Of a stretch of 64,000 nucleotides of DNA, positions 46,441 to 61,860 are shown piece after piece (the stretch's first letter is position 1; each line of letters opens with the position of its first letter). Location: assembly GCF_009914755.1 (NCBI RefSeq), contig NC_060932.1; one strand, given 5' to 3'. Below the pieces are notes generated by a model. It did not search any database. It saw only the letters and a program-made list of their open reading frames with translations, and was not told the DNA's origin. The position numbers and the translations under genes are program-made. The DNA comes from the human T2T-CHM13v2.0 reference genome, Homo sapiens.

Positions 46441-46575
46441 TAAGATCCTACATACCCACTACATGTGGGCAATGTCAACCCTGAGCTTCCTAACAAGCAG
46501 CAAGTAAGTGTAAGATCCCACATACCCATTACATGTGGGCTATATGTCAACACTGAGCTTCTTAACAAGCAGCAA
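46441..46575. repeat. Two-copy ~70-bp tandem duplication
   Basis: taagatcc.acataccca.tacatgtgggc...taacaagcagcaa at 46441 and 46511. Confidence 0.9.
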
Positions 46576-46888
46576 AGGCAGAAAGGGAAACTTGATCAGT
46601 TATATGATTTACATTGCTCATACAATAAAGACAAGTTTCTTAGAAGCAATAGCAATGATTCTTGTTATAGAAACCTGACAGAAATTTATTGGATGGACCA
46701 AAGGAATACTATAGGCATAGCTGGGATTTCTTTTCTAATTTTGATTTTACTTCGATTCATGAATAAATGAATGCTTAAGGCTTCAAAGTTTTATATCTTT
46801 GACAGCAATCATTTTAAGTTGGGAAAAAATAAATATTGGTAAAAATTAATTGTACTAAGCATTATAATTTCCTAGATATTCTCTAAGG

Positions 46889-47361
<473 letters not shown>

Positions 47362-49799
47362 CTCTAAGGTGAAGAACTATTGTAAAATTATCCTTTAGAT
47401 AATTGAGTTGACTTCCTCAATTAGGGTTTCAACTAGAAGCCAGAGGTGAATGATGTCTTCAAGAAAATGGAGACATTTTGAGAATAAATGATCTGACATC
47501 TTTATAAGGCCTTTAATAATGTCTGACAAATCCTACTGAATGTAGAATACTTATCACTCTGTTTTCTATTGCCAGGATTATGCAGGCAGCTTACCTCAAA
47601 ATATAATCAAGTCTCTTAAGTACAACTTTTTAAGGGGTTCCAAAATACAACCCTATTTTGTACCACAACAAAGCATTTCTTGATGTGGAACTATCTTTGC
47701 TGGATCACCTATCTCCCCATCATCTGAGGTTCATCTTCCTCTGATATGTCAAAGAGAAAGTTACAGAGGAATCTTCTTCAGACATATATATATTAAGTTA
47801 CATTAATTTTCAATTAATTCCTTAGATTAAAATTTTCAACATCATTTCTCTCTTTTTTGATGAGGGCTATTTAGCTTATATTTACATTCTTTACTTTTTA
47901 TTTTGATAACAAATGCAAGTTATAGAGCCTCCTACTGAGCTATGTGTTTTAACATTAGATCTAGTTGCTGAAGAAAATCATTTAACAAATAAGGGAACTA
48001 AGATATAGAAAGGTTATGTAATCTATCCAGGTCCACATAGCCACTAAGTCATGGAAAGTATTACTTGGGCTAATTTAGTTTTTCAAATTTGACATAACTG
48101 TGATGAAATCCAAAGCCTCAGACATATGAAGCATATGCTGTCTCCTGAGCTGTATTCCTGAAATTCCAGTGACACAATTGTGAAGCCCTGTGTGGAATCT
48201 AATTGTTAGCCTAGGTTTTTTTTTAAAAACTGTACAGTTCACATTCTACATGGCATTGCTCCCTGAATTTCTCAAGACTTCTGCATTGATAGTTTTAAAT
48301 AATTCCTACTAAATTTAAAGAAATCTTCTTAGTAACTCACTTTGAAAGCATCTATAGAGCAATGCCTATTAAGCTACTGTCTTTCTAAGAATATTTTCAG
48401 TATACTAGAAAACTTGAAAGAAGAGAGTCTATTTTTAATAAGAGCAGCAAAGGCATGTACAGACATGATTTCTAGTTAATCAGTGGATGATTTCTCAGGG
48501 AGTTTCCCTCAAAATAGAATTTATTATACTCAATGTACTCTTGCATGCTTCTTGTACTTTTTTTATCCCAGCTTGAATGTGATTCATCTATTCTTAGCAA
48601 TAATTTAAGGATCAACGTATTTTTTCTATAAAATCAACTTTCTTTCCTCTTTATTTTCTCAGAAAAATGTGATTTATTAAGTTTAACAGTGTAAATTATG
48701 GTTCACCACAGGTCAACTACCCTTCTGTGAGTTATATAATGATAAATTGGCATAATTATCAATACTTAAAAGTCCAACAATGTATTTATACATGGAAATT
48801 AATATGGATGATTTGATAATGCTTATTTAAACATATGAGCTTTAGTTTTTAAATTTGCCATATTTAATATTTTTAAATGTTCCCACAAGCTATATATTGC
48901 TATGAAGATACTCTTTGAAAGAGTGGCCCCATAGCATTTCAACAAATAAGGCTCATTCAACAAATAATGTTTATTGGCACAGTATTTATTGGAACTCAAA
49001 GCTTATTTCTCTGGAAAAACCATGCTCTTTTTTAAGGAGTATGTTGTGGCAATACTTCTACAAAATTATCACAAAAATGTCTCACTCCTATTATAGCAGT
49101 TATATCATAATTTTCCATTCTCTTATTTGTCTCCCTGGAATTAAGAAGCAGTATAATCTATGAGTTGCCCAGATCTCTTCAAATGGAGGCCAGAAGCCTA
49201 TGATAATCTATTTAACCCATAATATAATAGATTGGGTTAGAACAGAGGACAATGTAATAAAATAAAGGAAAAGAAAGTTTGTCTCCATTTATTGTGCATG
49301 CCTGACCCTAGGCACTTTTCACCTATATCCTGTCGCTTTTTCCCCAGGCTTCTAGTCTTTTAGGCACCCATTCACAGATCTCAAAGATGTATTGGGGAAA
49401 GCAATTTGATTAAACTAGTTTACGTTAAAATATGAATGACAACACAGAGCTTCATTTTTTAAAAAGCCCTTATAAATACAACATAAACTGAAATTGGTGG
49501 ACTTATAAGCAGTATTAATAGAAAATATTTCAGATAGTTAAAGTATGTTTGGTCAATTAAAATGCCACTGTTATCTAAACTGTTTGTTTCATTTGATTAG
49601 CACTTATGCGCTTCTCAACACTGAGAAGACATATTCAGTGCTAACCTTAAGTATTTTACATTGACTTTCAAGGCACAGGCAATGAGGGGAGAAAAGTTGA
49701 GGCTTGTTACAAGTGGTCATATATGAGCTCTTCAAAAATTTAATGTAAGTCAGGAATACTTTAAGTCTCAAATATCATCAGAATGTGGCAGCAGTGGGT

Positions 49800-50000
49800 G
49801 AGTAGTGTATTAGAAAGGGCACAGCCTGGGGTCAAGTGGTCTCTGCCTGGGTGGCTTGGGGTAGGTTTAACCTCACAGCTTTTTTAATCTATTAAACAAG
49901 GTTTTGGTATCTATTTTATAGGGTAGTGATGAGGATTAAACGAGATGATGTATATAAATTGTTTAGCACCTAGTAAATGCTCAATAAATAATGCAGCTAA
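49800..50000 (+). mobile_element. MIR
   Basis: gatgaggattaaacgagatgatgtatataa...tagtaaatgctcaataaat. Confidence 0.7.
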
Positions 50001-52209
50001 TATTAGTTATTATTTTATAGTAACAACAGCAAATATAATAATAGACACCAGATATGAATCTGACAAGACCAAAAAGAAATGATAAAGAAATGACTAAGAT
50101 AAGGAAAATGATTTTATTGATTTTAGTGTGGCTCAGATATCTTTGAATGTTCCCTTTACTCTCAAATAAGGAGATTCAAGTAGCACAAATCTAAAAGGAA
50201 AAATGAAATTTAGAGGAAAAAAATTTATGAATCTTAAGGGGATATGAAGATTTTTTTTAATTAAAGGAGACTGGAACATAATATGTGATGAAAAATCACA
50301 AACCAAATTACTGAAATTAAGAAATTATGCTATCATGGTTGACATTAAAGGTGACTGGTCCTTGATGAAGTGATTAATAGACATGCATATGGGTGTGGGT
50401 GTTTTCAAAGAAATACTCATTAATAGTGATGACATAAATGGACCTGACAACTAAGACCACGTTTATAAAAGGCAAGTTTTAAAATGTAGATTAGATAGCC
50501 TTATATATATTATCAAGAAGAAACATGACAATACATGAATTTAGATATAATGTAGACATGAAGAAATAAGAGTTATGTTTTAATTTTACAGCAGTGATAG
50601 AAACAAAATACTTGGGGAAAAGTATTTTTCTTAGGGAGAAAAATTGAGCTGCTGTTAGTATGTAACTCAGCCCAGTAACATGATGAGGTGGATAGAGCCA
50701 GGCTTTGTGCCTGCTACAGGAAGAGCTGCTGCAGCGTCAGTTCTCAAGCTACCAAGAAAACCTAGTATTCATGTAAAACAGACGTCATTATGCATGTGTA
50801 AGATGGAATCCTCTGATAAATAGAACAAGAGGATTCTAATAGGCATGATCTTGTGAACGCAGTCTCAGGGAGTACAATAAGATGTTTTAAATAGAAAGTA
50901 ATGAATGAAGCATTCTTCTTTGGAATAAGCAATCTACTGTTTCATGAACAGAAGTTGGGTTCAGATTTTCAAAAAAATGCCTGCTAGGCATAGTCTAACA
51001 GATATCCAGCAGAATGGTTTTCTATTTTTGAATTAGAATTAAGATCACTTACTCATGATTTTCAACTCGAGCCAAGTCAAGTAATCTTATCTTGTACTGA
51101 TGAAGATGTCAGAGACTATGCCAGTGGCTGTACCTGGATTTCTTCAATGAAACACATCACTTCTATAAACGCTTATTTTACTTTTTCATATTTTCCTATT
51201 ATTTTATTTATTTCTTCATGCCTCAGCAAGCAGATAACTTCAGGTCCTATAGCAGAATCCCAAGAGAAATATCTGGAAATCAGTGAACCTGCTGATATGG
51301 GAGCATAAGAGAAAAAAGGACAGCCTACATTACTTGGAAGTATTCTTAAATGCCAGACTAGCCTACGAAACTATGAGAGTATGCTTAGTACTCAATGATA
51401 CTGCCGCCTACTATACTCCCCACCTCTCCACCAGCTGAGGATACATTTGACCAAGTATCGCACACTTTTCTTTGCTTCCTGGCCCCAAACCAGGCCACAG
51501 TCTTCTAAGCTGTCTAAGTTGCTTGTCCAAGCCAGCCATCCTCCAGGATTTTAATTAGTCACCTGACGTGTATGTTTTATTTTTACATCACCCTGAGGTA
51601 TTTCCTTTATCAAGTATATTTATGAAGATACATAAACTTAGATTTTGAAATCCAGGTTATTAAGCTAGCAAATAAGAGCAGCATTATATAATATAGCTGT
51701 AGAATTGCACGAGATGCTAATGGTAATCTTATCAAGGCCTGATTAAAGCCTTCAGTCCCACTTACAAAATTGCCAAATGGTTATATAGCCTAATTAAAAG
51801 AGTCATAGTTCAGAATGAAAAATGATAAAATTACATTTTTGAAATCATTTATGCCCATTTTCCCCCTTCTATAGTTTTTTTTTGAATTCATGTTTGCAAG
51901 GATAGATTTCTCATTTGTGTGATATCAAACATCCATCAAACTAGCATTTAAAAGTAACTAAAAATTTCTGTATGTGTTTGTATAATTTCTTCCTTTATGA
52001 GATAAGTAAAAGAAGGGGTGATGTCAAGAGAGAAGGAGCCATTGGAAGTATAATTTCTTACAATTGGTACACAATATTATTAATAACTATAGCAGACACA
52101 GATTTATAGCAGAAATTCTGAAGTCTTGTTTACAGTAATAGAGATATATGGACAGTTTGATAATCACTCTTCAATATATTTTTAGTGATTAGGGTTAAAT
52201 AAAGACTAC

Positions 52210-52765
<556 letters not shown>

Positions 52766-53186
52766 GTGATATGATAATGATGGTTGTGGTCGTGGTGGTG
52801 GTGGTGGTGACGATGATGATAGGAAAGAAGGACAAAAGGAAGAAACACTGTTTCCAACAGATAACTTCCACTTACCAAAGCCCTTGGGGGTTCCAGTGTA
52901 TATTTGTTGTCATCAGGAATCTAGTAGAGATAGATAAGTATATCTTTAAGGTAATCTTAAAAACAGGTGGGGAGAAAAGGATGAAAAATTTAAAAAAATG
53001 ATACTTTTAAAAGCCTAAAAATGATTTGTCTTTTTTGCAAATCTATTCAAATTTTTTTCTACCCAAAATTCTTATTGTATAGTTTATATTCCCTAGCAAG
53101 CTGATTGTATTTAAATTTTAATCTAAATATCTGTCTATTGGTATAGATATACCTGTAGGCAGATATAAAATTATAATGTATTTCCA

Positions 53187-53305
53187 CATAATTTATACAT
53201 CTGTGTTTACACATACACTTACTCATACCCTAAAGCTCTGAACTCAGGGTTCAGAGCTTTAGGGTATGAGTAAGTGTATGTGTAAACACAGATGTATAAA
53301 TTATG
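53187..53305. repeat. Perfect inverted repeat, 57-bp arms, 5-nt spacer
   Basis: 53187-53243 is the exact reverse complement of 53249-53305 (checked base by base); spacer tcagg. Confidence 0.97.
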
Positions 53306-53421
53306 ATTTAGCTGATAGAAGCAACAACTGTTCATTTATTCCTTGCCTCATTGGAAGAAATTCTCATCTATTTCTTGTCTCTCCTGTTACATAAAAGATC
53401 TACAGTTAAAAACTTGGTGGT

Positions 53422-53737
53422 GGCCGGGCACGGTGGCTCACGCCCGTAATCCCAGCACTTCGGGAGGCCAAGGCAGGTGGATTGCCTGAGGTCAGGAGTT
53501 TGAGACCAGCCTGGCCAACATGGTGAAACCCCATCTCTACTAAAAATACCAAAAATTACCTGGGTGTGGTGGCTGGTGCCTGTAATCCCAGCTAGTTAGA
53601 AGGCTGAGGCAGAAGAATCTCTTGAACCCGGGAGGCAGAGGTTGCAATGAGCCGAGATCGCTGCACTCCAACCTGGGCAACAAGAGCAAGACTCCATCTC
53701 AAAAACAAACAAAAAAAACAAACCAAAAAAAAAAAAC
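53422..53737 (+). mobile_element. AluS (Sq/Sp-like)
   Basis: ggcaacaagagc diagnostic. Confidence 0.9.
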
Positions 53738-53846
53738 ACTTGATGGTAACTCATTTTAATGAAATTTTAGCGATTTTGTATTTTTATTTGTGATTAATCT
53801 TCGATTTTAAAAGTTTCTAGTTTAGGTTTCTTTTTCCTTAACATCC

Positions 53847-54212
53847 CATATTAGTTGATTAGGGCTGCTATAACAAAATACCATAGAAGGGGTGGCTTAA
53901 AGAACAGAAATGTATTTTCCCAGTTTTGGAGGCTAGAACTTTAAGGTGTTGGCTAGGCTGGCTCCTTCTGAGGCCTTTCCATGGCTTTCAGATGGCTGCC
54001 TTCTTGCTGTGTCTTCACTTTGTGTGTGTCTGTGTCCTAATCTCTTCTTATAAGGACACCAATCATATTGGATTAGGAACTACCTATGTGACCTCATTTT
54101 ACCTTAATTACCTCTTGAAAAGCTCTAGCGTCAAGTACAGTCACATTCTGAGGTACTGAAGACTAGGACTTCAGTATAGGAATTTGGGAGGAACACAATT
54201 CAGTCTATAACA
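53847..54212 (-). mobile_element. MLT1A/B-like MaLR LTR
   Basis: tagggctgctataacaaaatacca...acacaattcagtctataaca. Confidence 0.8.
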
Positions 54213-55157
54213 CATCTCTACAAAGTAGCTAATGATCTTTTAAATTAAAACTTTATTGCATTGTGAAAGCATATTTGATTAGAATGTGAATAGGGATTTT
54301 TAGGCAACTAACCGTAGCTGTTTTGCTTTGAACTTTTTATTTCTTTTTTGATTTTATTACTTTTCTCTATTTCTTCCTATTTTTACAACTGCCTTCTCAA
54401 ATCCTAAGAGATAAAATATTTTGGTTTTGTGTTTGCAAATGCATCTTAAAAATTAGCTGTCTTAGCCATGAAAACCACATTTAAATATGACTCGCGTAGC
54501 CATAATTTTATGCTGATATTCAAGCATGGGTCCCTTTCCTTTAGATGTATTTGTGAATTGCTACCTTTTACCATATATTCACATTTTAAGCCAGGAAATA
54601 TAAAAAGACTATTTTTAATTATGAGTAAGTCTTCCAGTGTGGCAGTATTATGCAAAAAAAAAAGTCATTTGAGATGACAAAAACAGCAACTTGTATATTA
54701 TAGAACACTGTAGAATTATAGCAGAAATTTTAACTTCTCCCTTTTTAGTAACATAAAGTTTCTAAAAACTGACAAAGAGAGAATTGTAGATAAGTTGCAG
54801 GCAGCTACTTGCAGGTAAGAGGGTCAATCTGTGGAGAATAGCTGCCATTGCCAAGAGTGCAGTACCCTCCTGTAATTACCTAAGAATATAAAGGAGAAAC
54901 ATTTCCTTTTACCGTCAGCAAAATAAAAAATAATAATAAACATATGACTTCATCTTTGCTTTCATCAAGGCTCCAGAGTTGCTAGCTTGTTAACAGCTAG
55001 AATATTCTACAGGGAATGAATTATAGTAGACTACAGAAGGGAAAGGTCTCGCTTTATAAAATCAGGGAGGATATGGGAAAAGAAGGAAGAAAATATGATC
55101 AAATAGAACAGATACATTCTTTCCAATCAAATTTCACATAACTGAAAGGATTAAGCA

Positions 55158-55159
<2 letters not shown>

Positions 55160-55203
<44 letters not shown>
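55160..55203. repeat. (TA)n microsatellite
   Basis: Direct reading. Confidence 0.95.
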
Positions 55204-55206
<3 letters not shown>

Positions 55207-56866
55207 GTAAAAGAATATGGAAAACAACAGATAGGTGAAAACATATATACCTTCTGAACCAACCATGGCATTACCACATAAAATACATATATTCTGTTTT
55301 ATATGTGGAATATTTATGTCTTTTATATTAAACTATACACTTCTTGAGAACGGTGACTATATTATTCATCTTTGTAGTCTCTCAGTAGCATGTACTTTGC
55401 CTTGGCCACAATAAGCACTCAATGGGATTAATTTTAGTGAATGAACGTGGACGTGGATGCTGAGAGAAGTAGGATAGGATAGTTTGAAAAAGATTCTAGA
55501 GAAGGTGAATTTTAAGCATTTTGTATCAATATAAGAACAAAATATGATTTTTAGAAGAAGATATAGGTAGATTATTGGGTAATAGTCAAAAGCATGTTTT
55601 CTAATGGGCATACAATTATTGATTTCCATCTAGAGATAATAATAGTGGAAAGAATACTGAGATAGAATGAGAAGATTGGGCTTCTAACTTTGGTTATGCC
55701 ATTCATGTAATAAGACTTTGGATAAGTTGCCCAATAGTTCTTCACAACTCAACTTTTTTCTATCTACAAATTGAAGGAACCTTATAAAGTGTTAAACAAA
55801 TATGTGGTACTTTGGAGGCAGCATTGAAAAGACCACTATGAATTAACATTTGGGTTTTAATCAGTCTCATCATTAATTAAGTAAATTATTTAATCTCAGA
55901 GCCTAGTCTTAAAATTAGATTTGAAATATATTTTCTATATTTTATTTCTTTCAATTCTAATGTTTCATTCATTGATTGAGTAGTCTGATCAGTGTAAGGC
56001 TCTCTACTAGACATGTTCTCACAAGTGCCTGAATCTGTATAATTTTTAATGAACTTGTGCCATAATAACTATGACTTAGAGAATAAATTTATATGTGTAA
56101 TGTTTTGCATATTTTACATGAAGTAATTGATAATTAAGTTTGAATTGACACTTGTGTAAAAACCTTTAGTCAATAAAGTCAGTCATCCAGGGTAACATGG
56201 AACCATTCACATCTATAACTTCAATTTAGTTCAGCTAATTATAATACAAATATATCTACAATTTTGTTATGTAATGGCTTTGTTCATCAGCACAAAATTC
56301 AGTTGTAATTTTTCTTTAGTTGGAAGGATTACAGATATCATTTATTAGCAAAATAAATATAACGTTTTATTAAACATTTGGAAATTTGATTACTTCTATT
56401 GCATCAATTTTGAAGATCGTAAAATAATACTCCAGTCTGGAAATAATATAGCTAACCTTGGAATATATTTCATATGAAGGAAGGGACTTTGGTGATAACT
56501 TCAGAGAGTGGAAACATCTCTATAGCACTAGGCCTAGCACATGGGAATGTCCATAATCGTAGTTATTTTTTAGTATTTATTATAACATGGGAGGTAGGAG
56601 TAATAAAAACTAACTTACAGTTGAACTTCATTCTGATGGATGAATTAAAACTTACTACCTCAATATAACTTCCTGAGTAACAAAGAAATCGCTGTGATTT
56701 TATGATTGGCCATTTTCAGGTCATTTTTATGACTCGGAATGCTTACAAACAAGGCCAACAGTCTCCAGGGTCCAGTCACATAAGAACATGTTACTTCTTA
56801 AGCCCTTTTCGATTTTCTGCCAAAAAATAAAATCACCTGAATTTTAAATGAGTTTAAAGGGCTTAT

Positions 56867-56925
56867 TTCAATAGAACATAAAACATGCTTTTATTCAATA
56901 GAACATAAAACATGTTTTTATTCAA
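56867..56925. repeat. 27-bp tandem duplication
   Basis: ttcaatagaacataaaacatg at 56867 and 56894. Confidence 0.9.
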
Positions 56926-57949
56926 GTTAGTTAATATGATATTATTGTCAAAGTTTTACTTTGTTAAAATCCATCCAATTATACTTACAAGTAGTGTTAT
57001 TTTAATGCTGTTTTGTATTCTGATTATTTAGGTCATTTTAGATAGATTTTTCAAAATTTCAAAAAAGGCTGAAAATCTTTATTTTAAGCATATCCCTAAA
57101 GTTGAAAACAATATGAATATTTTCAAAAGAAATCAGTCTAAACTTGCTTGCCCAGTGTCCCATTAAAATGAATACAAATTATCACTTTTAATTAAAAGTA
57201 AAAACAAATTTGACAATAAAAGTGAAAAAAAAGTTTAATGAAAAGAAATAGACCTTATAATAACAAGTTGTATAATCTTAATCACTTCTCTATTTCTCAA
57301 TTTTCTCATCTATAAAATGAGAAAGCTAGATTACATTCTCTCTGAGGTATCTTTTAGCTTTAAAATATGGTGAACTTGTGAATGATTCAGTGATGAGGAA
57401 ATAACCAAATGTGTGGTTCAGTACCGGGTAACTTTCCTGGGCTGTTCTCTTGAACAAAAAACAAAAAACAAACAAACAAAAAAGTGGTTATATGAGTCTT
57501 CTTTCCTTCTCTGTTTTTTAAGGCATTTGAATATTTTTTTTTCAATTTCAGTGGTCATTCAGTGGTCATTCATTCTCTCTCTCTTACCTGCAAGTCAGAA
57601 CTTCATACCTCGGGTATTGCTGAAGCTCATCAGCTTTAATTCTGGATTCTGGTTCTGCAACATTAAAGAAAGAAAATGCCAGAGGAATAACCATATGAAT
57701 AACAATAAAATGAAGGAAATAGTGAGTAAAGAAGGAATAAAGGACGGAAGGGAAAGGGGATGAAGAGAGGGGAAAAAAGAAAAGGAAAAAGAGAATTAAA
57801 GGAAGGAGAGAGGGAAAGAATGGAGGAAGGCAGGCTAGCATATCCTTTCAATCCAAGAGTTCACTATCAAATTAGAGAAACGCATGTACATAAGTAATGA
57901 TGGTACAAAATAGGCTGTGTTGAATGATATAATTTTTAAAAATACACGT

Positions 57950-58570
57950 ACAAAGGAAGAACAGCAAAAGAAATATTCATTTGGCTGGTAGAAATCTGGG
58001 AATAGAATAGAATGTAACACATGAAGTGAAGGACTTCTCAGGCTGAAGAGAGAGCTTAAACAAAGTTATGGCGTTACATGAGCACAAGCCATGTTTAAGA
58101 AACAGCTAATAGTTCTTTAGTGTGGAAATATACAACAAATGGGGATATGTATTCGGAGAAAAGAATGTAAAAGTTGGCTGGGACAAGATTGTGGAGAACT
58201 TTGAATCTCTCAGTTAAAAATATAGAATGTTCTACATTTTAAATTTTATGTTTATATTTTTATATTATTTTAAATACCTGTATTATTTTAAAGTCTGTAT
58301 CTTATATGTTAACATCTATATATCTATATTCTTTTAATATTTTAATATCTGTATTACTTATGTTCTATATTATTTTTCTATATTTTATACAACCCATATG
58401 GAATGATGGGTTTGGAAGATTTTTGAGGAAGTTGCTGACATGAACAAATTTGTGCTTTTAGAAGGTAATTTTAATGATATACTTAAGATGCATTTGAAAA
58501 GAACATTACAGACAAAGAGTCCCATTAGGAGGCTATTGTAGTAGTCCAAGCAAGAGGTAATTGTTAGTCT
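57950..58570 (-). mobile_element. L2 fragment split by AT-rich low-complexity tract (about 58230-58390)
   Basis: ccattaggaggctattgtagtagtccaagcaagag. Confidence 0.6.
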
Positions 58571-59673
58571 TTGTCCCTGCTTTGACTGTTGGCTCCATCC
58601 CAAATGGTCTTTCTGTAAGCCCAGTTGATGCTTCTCTGTCTTCTCACACAGGGAACAGGAGTAGTGGGCCTCTTCAGACTTCCAACAGAATATAATTATA
58701 TTTGCCCTATCCCTGAATTTGATAGATCAGAGCAATTCTCAGGCCCCTTCAGGTTTTTTAACATTACATAGTTATTCAGGCTATTATTTAGCCTTGACTC
58801 TTTTCAGCACAAGTACTTAAAGTTACGCTATTACCTTCTAAAGTACTAATAATTGAAAGGGAACCTTATTTCTTGTCTCCAGCTCATATGTTTTTGTTGT
58901 GTTTCTGCCTGCTTCAGATCCCCAGGGCACTGGTCCTACTGATGTGTTCTCATGTCTTATTTCTGTTGCAACTTTTGGGATGCTAGCTTGCCACATGATA
59001 TCTGTAATTTCTATACCCTATATCCCAATCAATTAGATAAATATTCTTTAAACATTCATAAAAATCATATAATCCATGTAATGTTTAAAGATGGTCACAA
59101 AGGGCCATGTGCCAGGAATTCTTAGTGACGGTTTCTTTATGACTTTTCTTAATTCTAGTAGATCTTATGGGTTTCTGATCTGAGGGCTTGGAGAAGCATT
59201 TAGTCATAATAAAAACATAAGGGCTTTAAACTGGGTGCATTGGTTTAGATTAGCAGCAGGCATTTTGTTCTACCCTCTGGGGCTTGGATAGACATGAAAT
59301 TGTATGTATGTATCAGAATATTATTATTAATATATGTAAGGGTCTGAGAAAAACAGACTTTGAAACACTTCTTGACTGAGGCAGATATTTCAGATGACAT
59401 GAGTTTGAGCTATTACTGAATAATAAAGGGTTTACAAATCTAAGACTAAAGCTATTGAAAAAATATTTACTTTTTGTGGTTACATCTATATCAATACACA
59501 GCTAAGTGTTAATGTTATATATTATCTGTAAAAGGTTAAAAAGCTGTTTTATCAGATGTGAAAAAGAAAACTATAAGATATTTGAAAGTTGTTTGTAAAC
59601 TATAAAAAGTATTTAAATTTTAATTATTATTAATAATGTGTTATGGTGATAGATTGTTACTGTCCTCAGTTTA

Positions 59674-60079
<406 letters not shown>

Positions 60080-60649
60080 CTACTCTAAGTAAATAAACCA
60101 ATCTAGCATCAAAGGACAATGCCCTTTCGTTTTTTGTTTTTTATGAGACGTGCAATTAAGAACCTATTTATAAAGTATTCATAGCCATTTTCATGGTTTT
60201 TTTTCAAGTCAAGGTAAAATTTTTGAGCTCATGGCTTAATGATGGTGAATATTTAGTATCATAATGTACAGTTTCTTTTATTTCATCATGGACTATGCCT
60301 AGTTAATTATCATGGTAAATACTTACTATATGTCAAGACCTGTGATCTCATTTAAAACTCATATTTGTCCTATTAAGAAGGTATTGTCTCCACAATGTGA
60401 ATCTAGAAGCAGACTTAAAGATGTTAAGAGACTTGCCTAAGATTGTGTAGCTCCTAGTAAGTGGAAGAGCAGTTACACACCCATATCTTTCAGCTCTTAA
60501 TCCCTTGGTCATTATGGTATACTGCCTCTTATCAAAATTAGATGACTATTATGATTTTCATCAATATTGTTGCTTAGGGAATATGTTTACACTATGAGGT
60601 CAGAAATTTTCTTCTGACACAGACCAGGAAGAATTTGCATTCAGAAAAG

Positions 60650-61148
60650 TGTATCAGTCATGTTTGCACTCAGCTGTTTATAACAAAACACCTGACAAAA
60701 TTATCTGAATAAACAAGGAATTTTACTTCACACAACAAGAAATCCAAACAGCCCAGGGCTGGTACTATTATGTAAGACCCAAGCACTCTGTCTTCCTATT
60801 CTCCTTTCTTAGAGTAAGACATTCATCCCCATCATCACAGAATGCCTGCTGTAGCTGTAGGCTTGGGTTTGAACTCCAATAAGAAAGAAAAAAGAAAAGG
60901 GAAAGACATATGGTCATACCAGCTATGTTAGCTCACTGTAATCAGATACATAGTAGCTCTCCCTAAACCCCACCCTAGATTCCTGCTTATATTTCAGAGG
61001 TCACACTCACATCAAATGATCACCTTACATACAAGGTAGAAAATGAAGTTGTTTTGTTTTGTTGTTATTAAAATCAGTGTGGATTCTTTTAATAAAGACC
61101 AAAGTGGGAGAGGGAATATTGCGTAGGCATTCAGCAGCAACTGCCACA
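60650..61148 (-). mobile_element. Old MLT1 (J/K-like) MaLR LTR
   Basis: tgtatcagtca...cagctg...aaca start; gtaggca...ctgccaca end. Confidence 0.55.
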
Positions 61149-61249
61149 AATAAATAGGTATTAAATACTCTGGTTACCAAAAGGAAAGACCAAGGACCCA
61201 TTCATAACCCCCGATAGCTAAATATTTAGATAATATTTGTTTCCATTAA

Positions 61250-61860
61250 ATGACTAAGTAATATTTCTTGGCTGATTAGAATGGAGGATACTGGGGAAGG
61301 AGGAGTCAAAGATAATTCACAACTTATCTAGGTTTTAGTTGGATATTGAGCCTACAGTGCAGGGAACATAAGAGGTACAAGGAGAGCTGGTTTAGGGTGA
61401 AAGAATAAATTTGGTTTGAGCTATATTGAATTTGATGTGCCAGCAAAAGGAAGTACAGGAGATGTCCTGTCAGCATCTGGAAATACAGATCTGAAGCTTG
61501 GGAGAGGTGAGAATAAGGATTTTATTAGTCATTACTTGGTAATTAAAATGGGTAGACAATGGATTATATGATCCTGGGGTAATATAGTTAAAAGAAGGCT
61601 AAAGATGGGAACTTTGAGAAAATATAATTTAAAATCAGGTTAGGGAAAACAAAGCTGGGAAAGGAGATTAAAAAGTAACACTCAGGGACATAGAGTAGAA
61701 ACCCTGAGTGGCAATATCTAAGAAGTCATTATGGGAAATTTTCAAGAAGGGAGGGGAAAGAAAAAACCTAAAAAGATACCACTGACTGGTAAATTAGGAT
61801 GTTATTGGGGAATTTTGTTCTGGTGGGTTTTTTTTTTTTTTTTTTTTTGAGAACAGTTTT
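61250..61860 (-). mobile_element. L2 fragment
   Basis: gaggagtcaaagataattc; ttgaatttgatgtgcc; ggaaatacagatctgaagcttgggagagg. Confidence 0.6.

Noticed and set aside
46441-46575. CRISPR-like repeat-spacer appearance
   Set aside because: Only two long diverged copies in mammalian DNA; no spacer series or cas genes
55160-55203. (TA)n self-complementary hairpin
   Set aside because: Common microsatellite
57700-57835. Purine-rich tract, possible triplex or ORFs
   Set aside because: Imperfect low-complexity sequence without clear mirror symmetry
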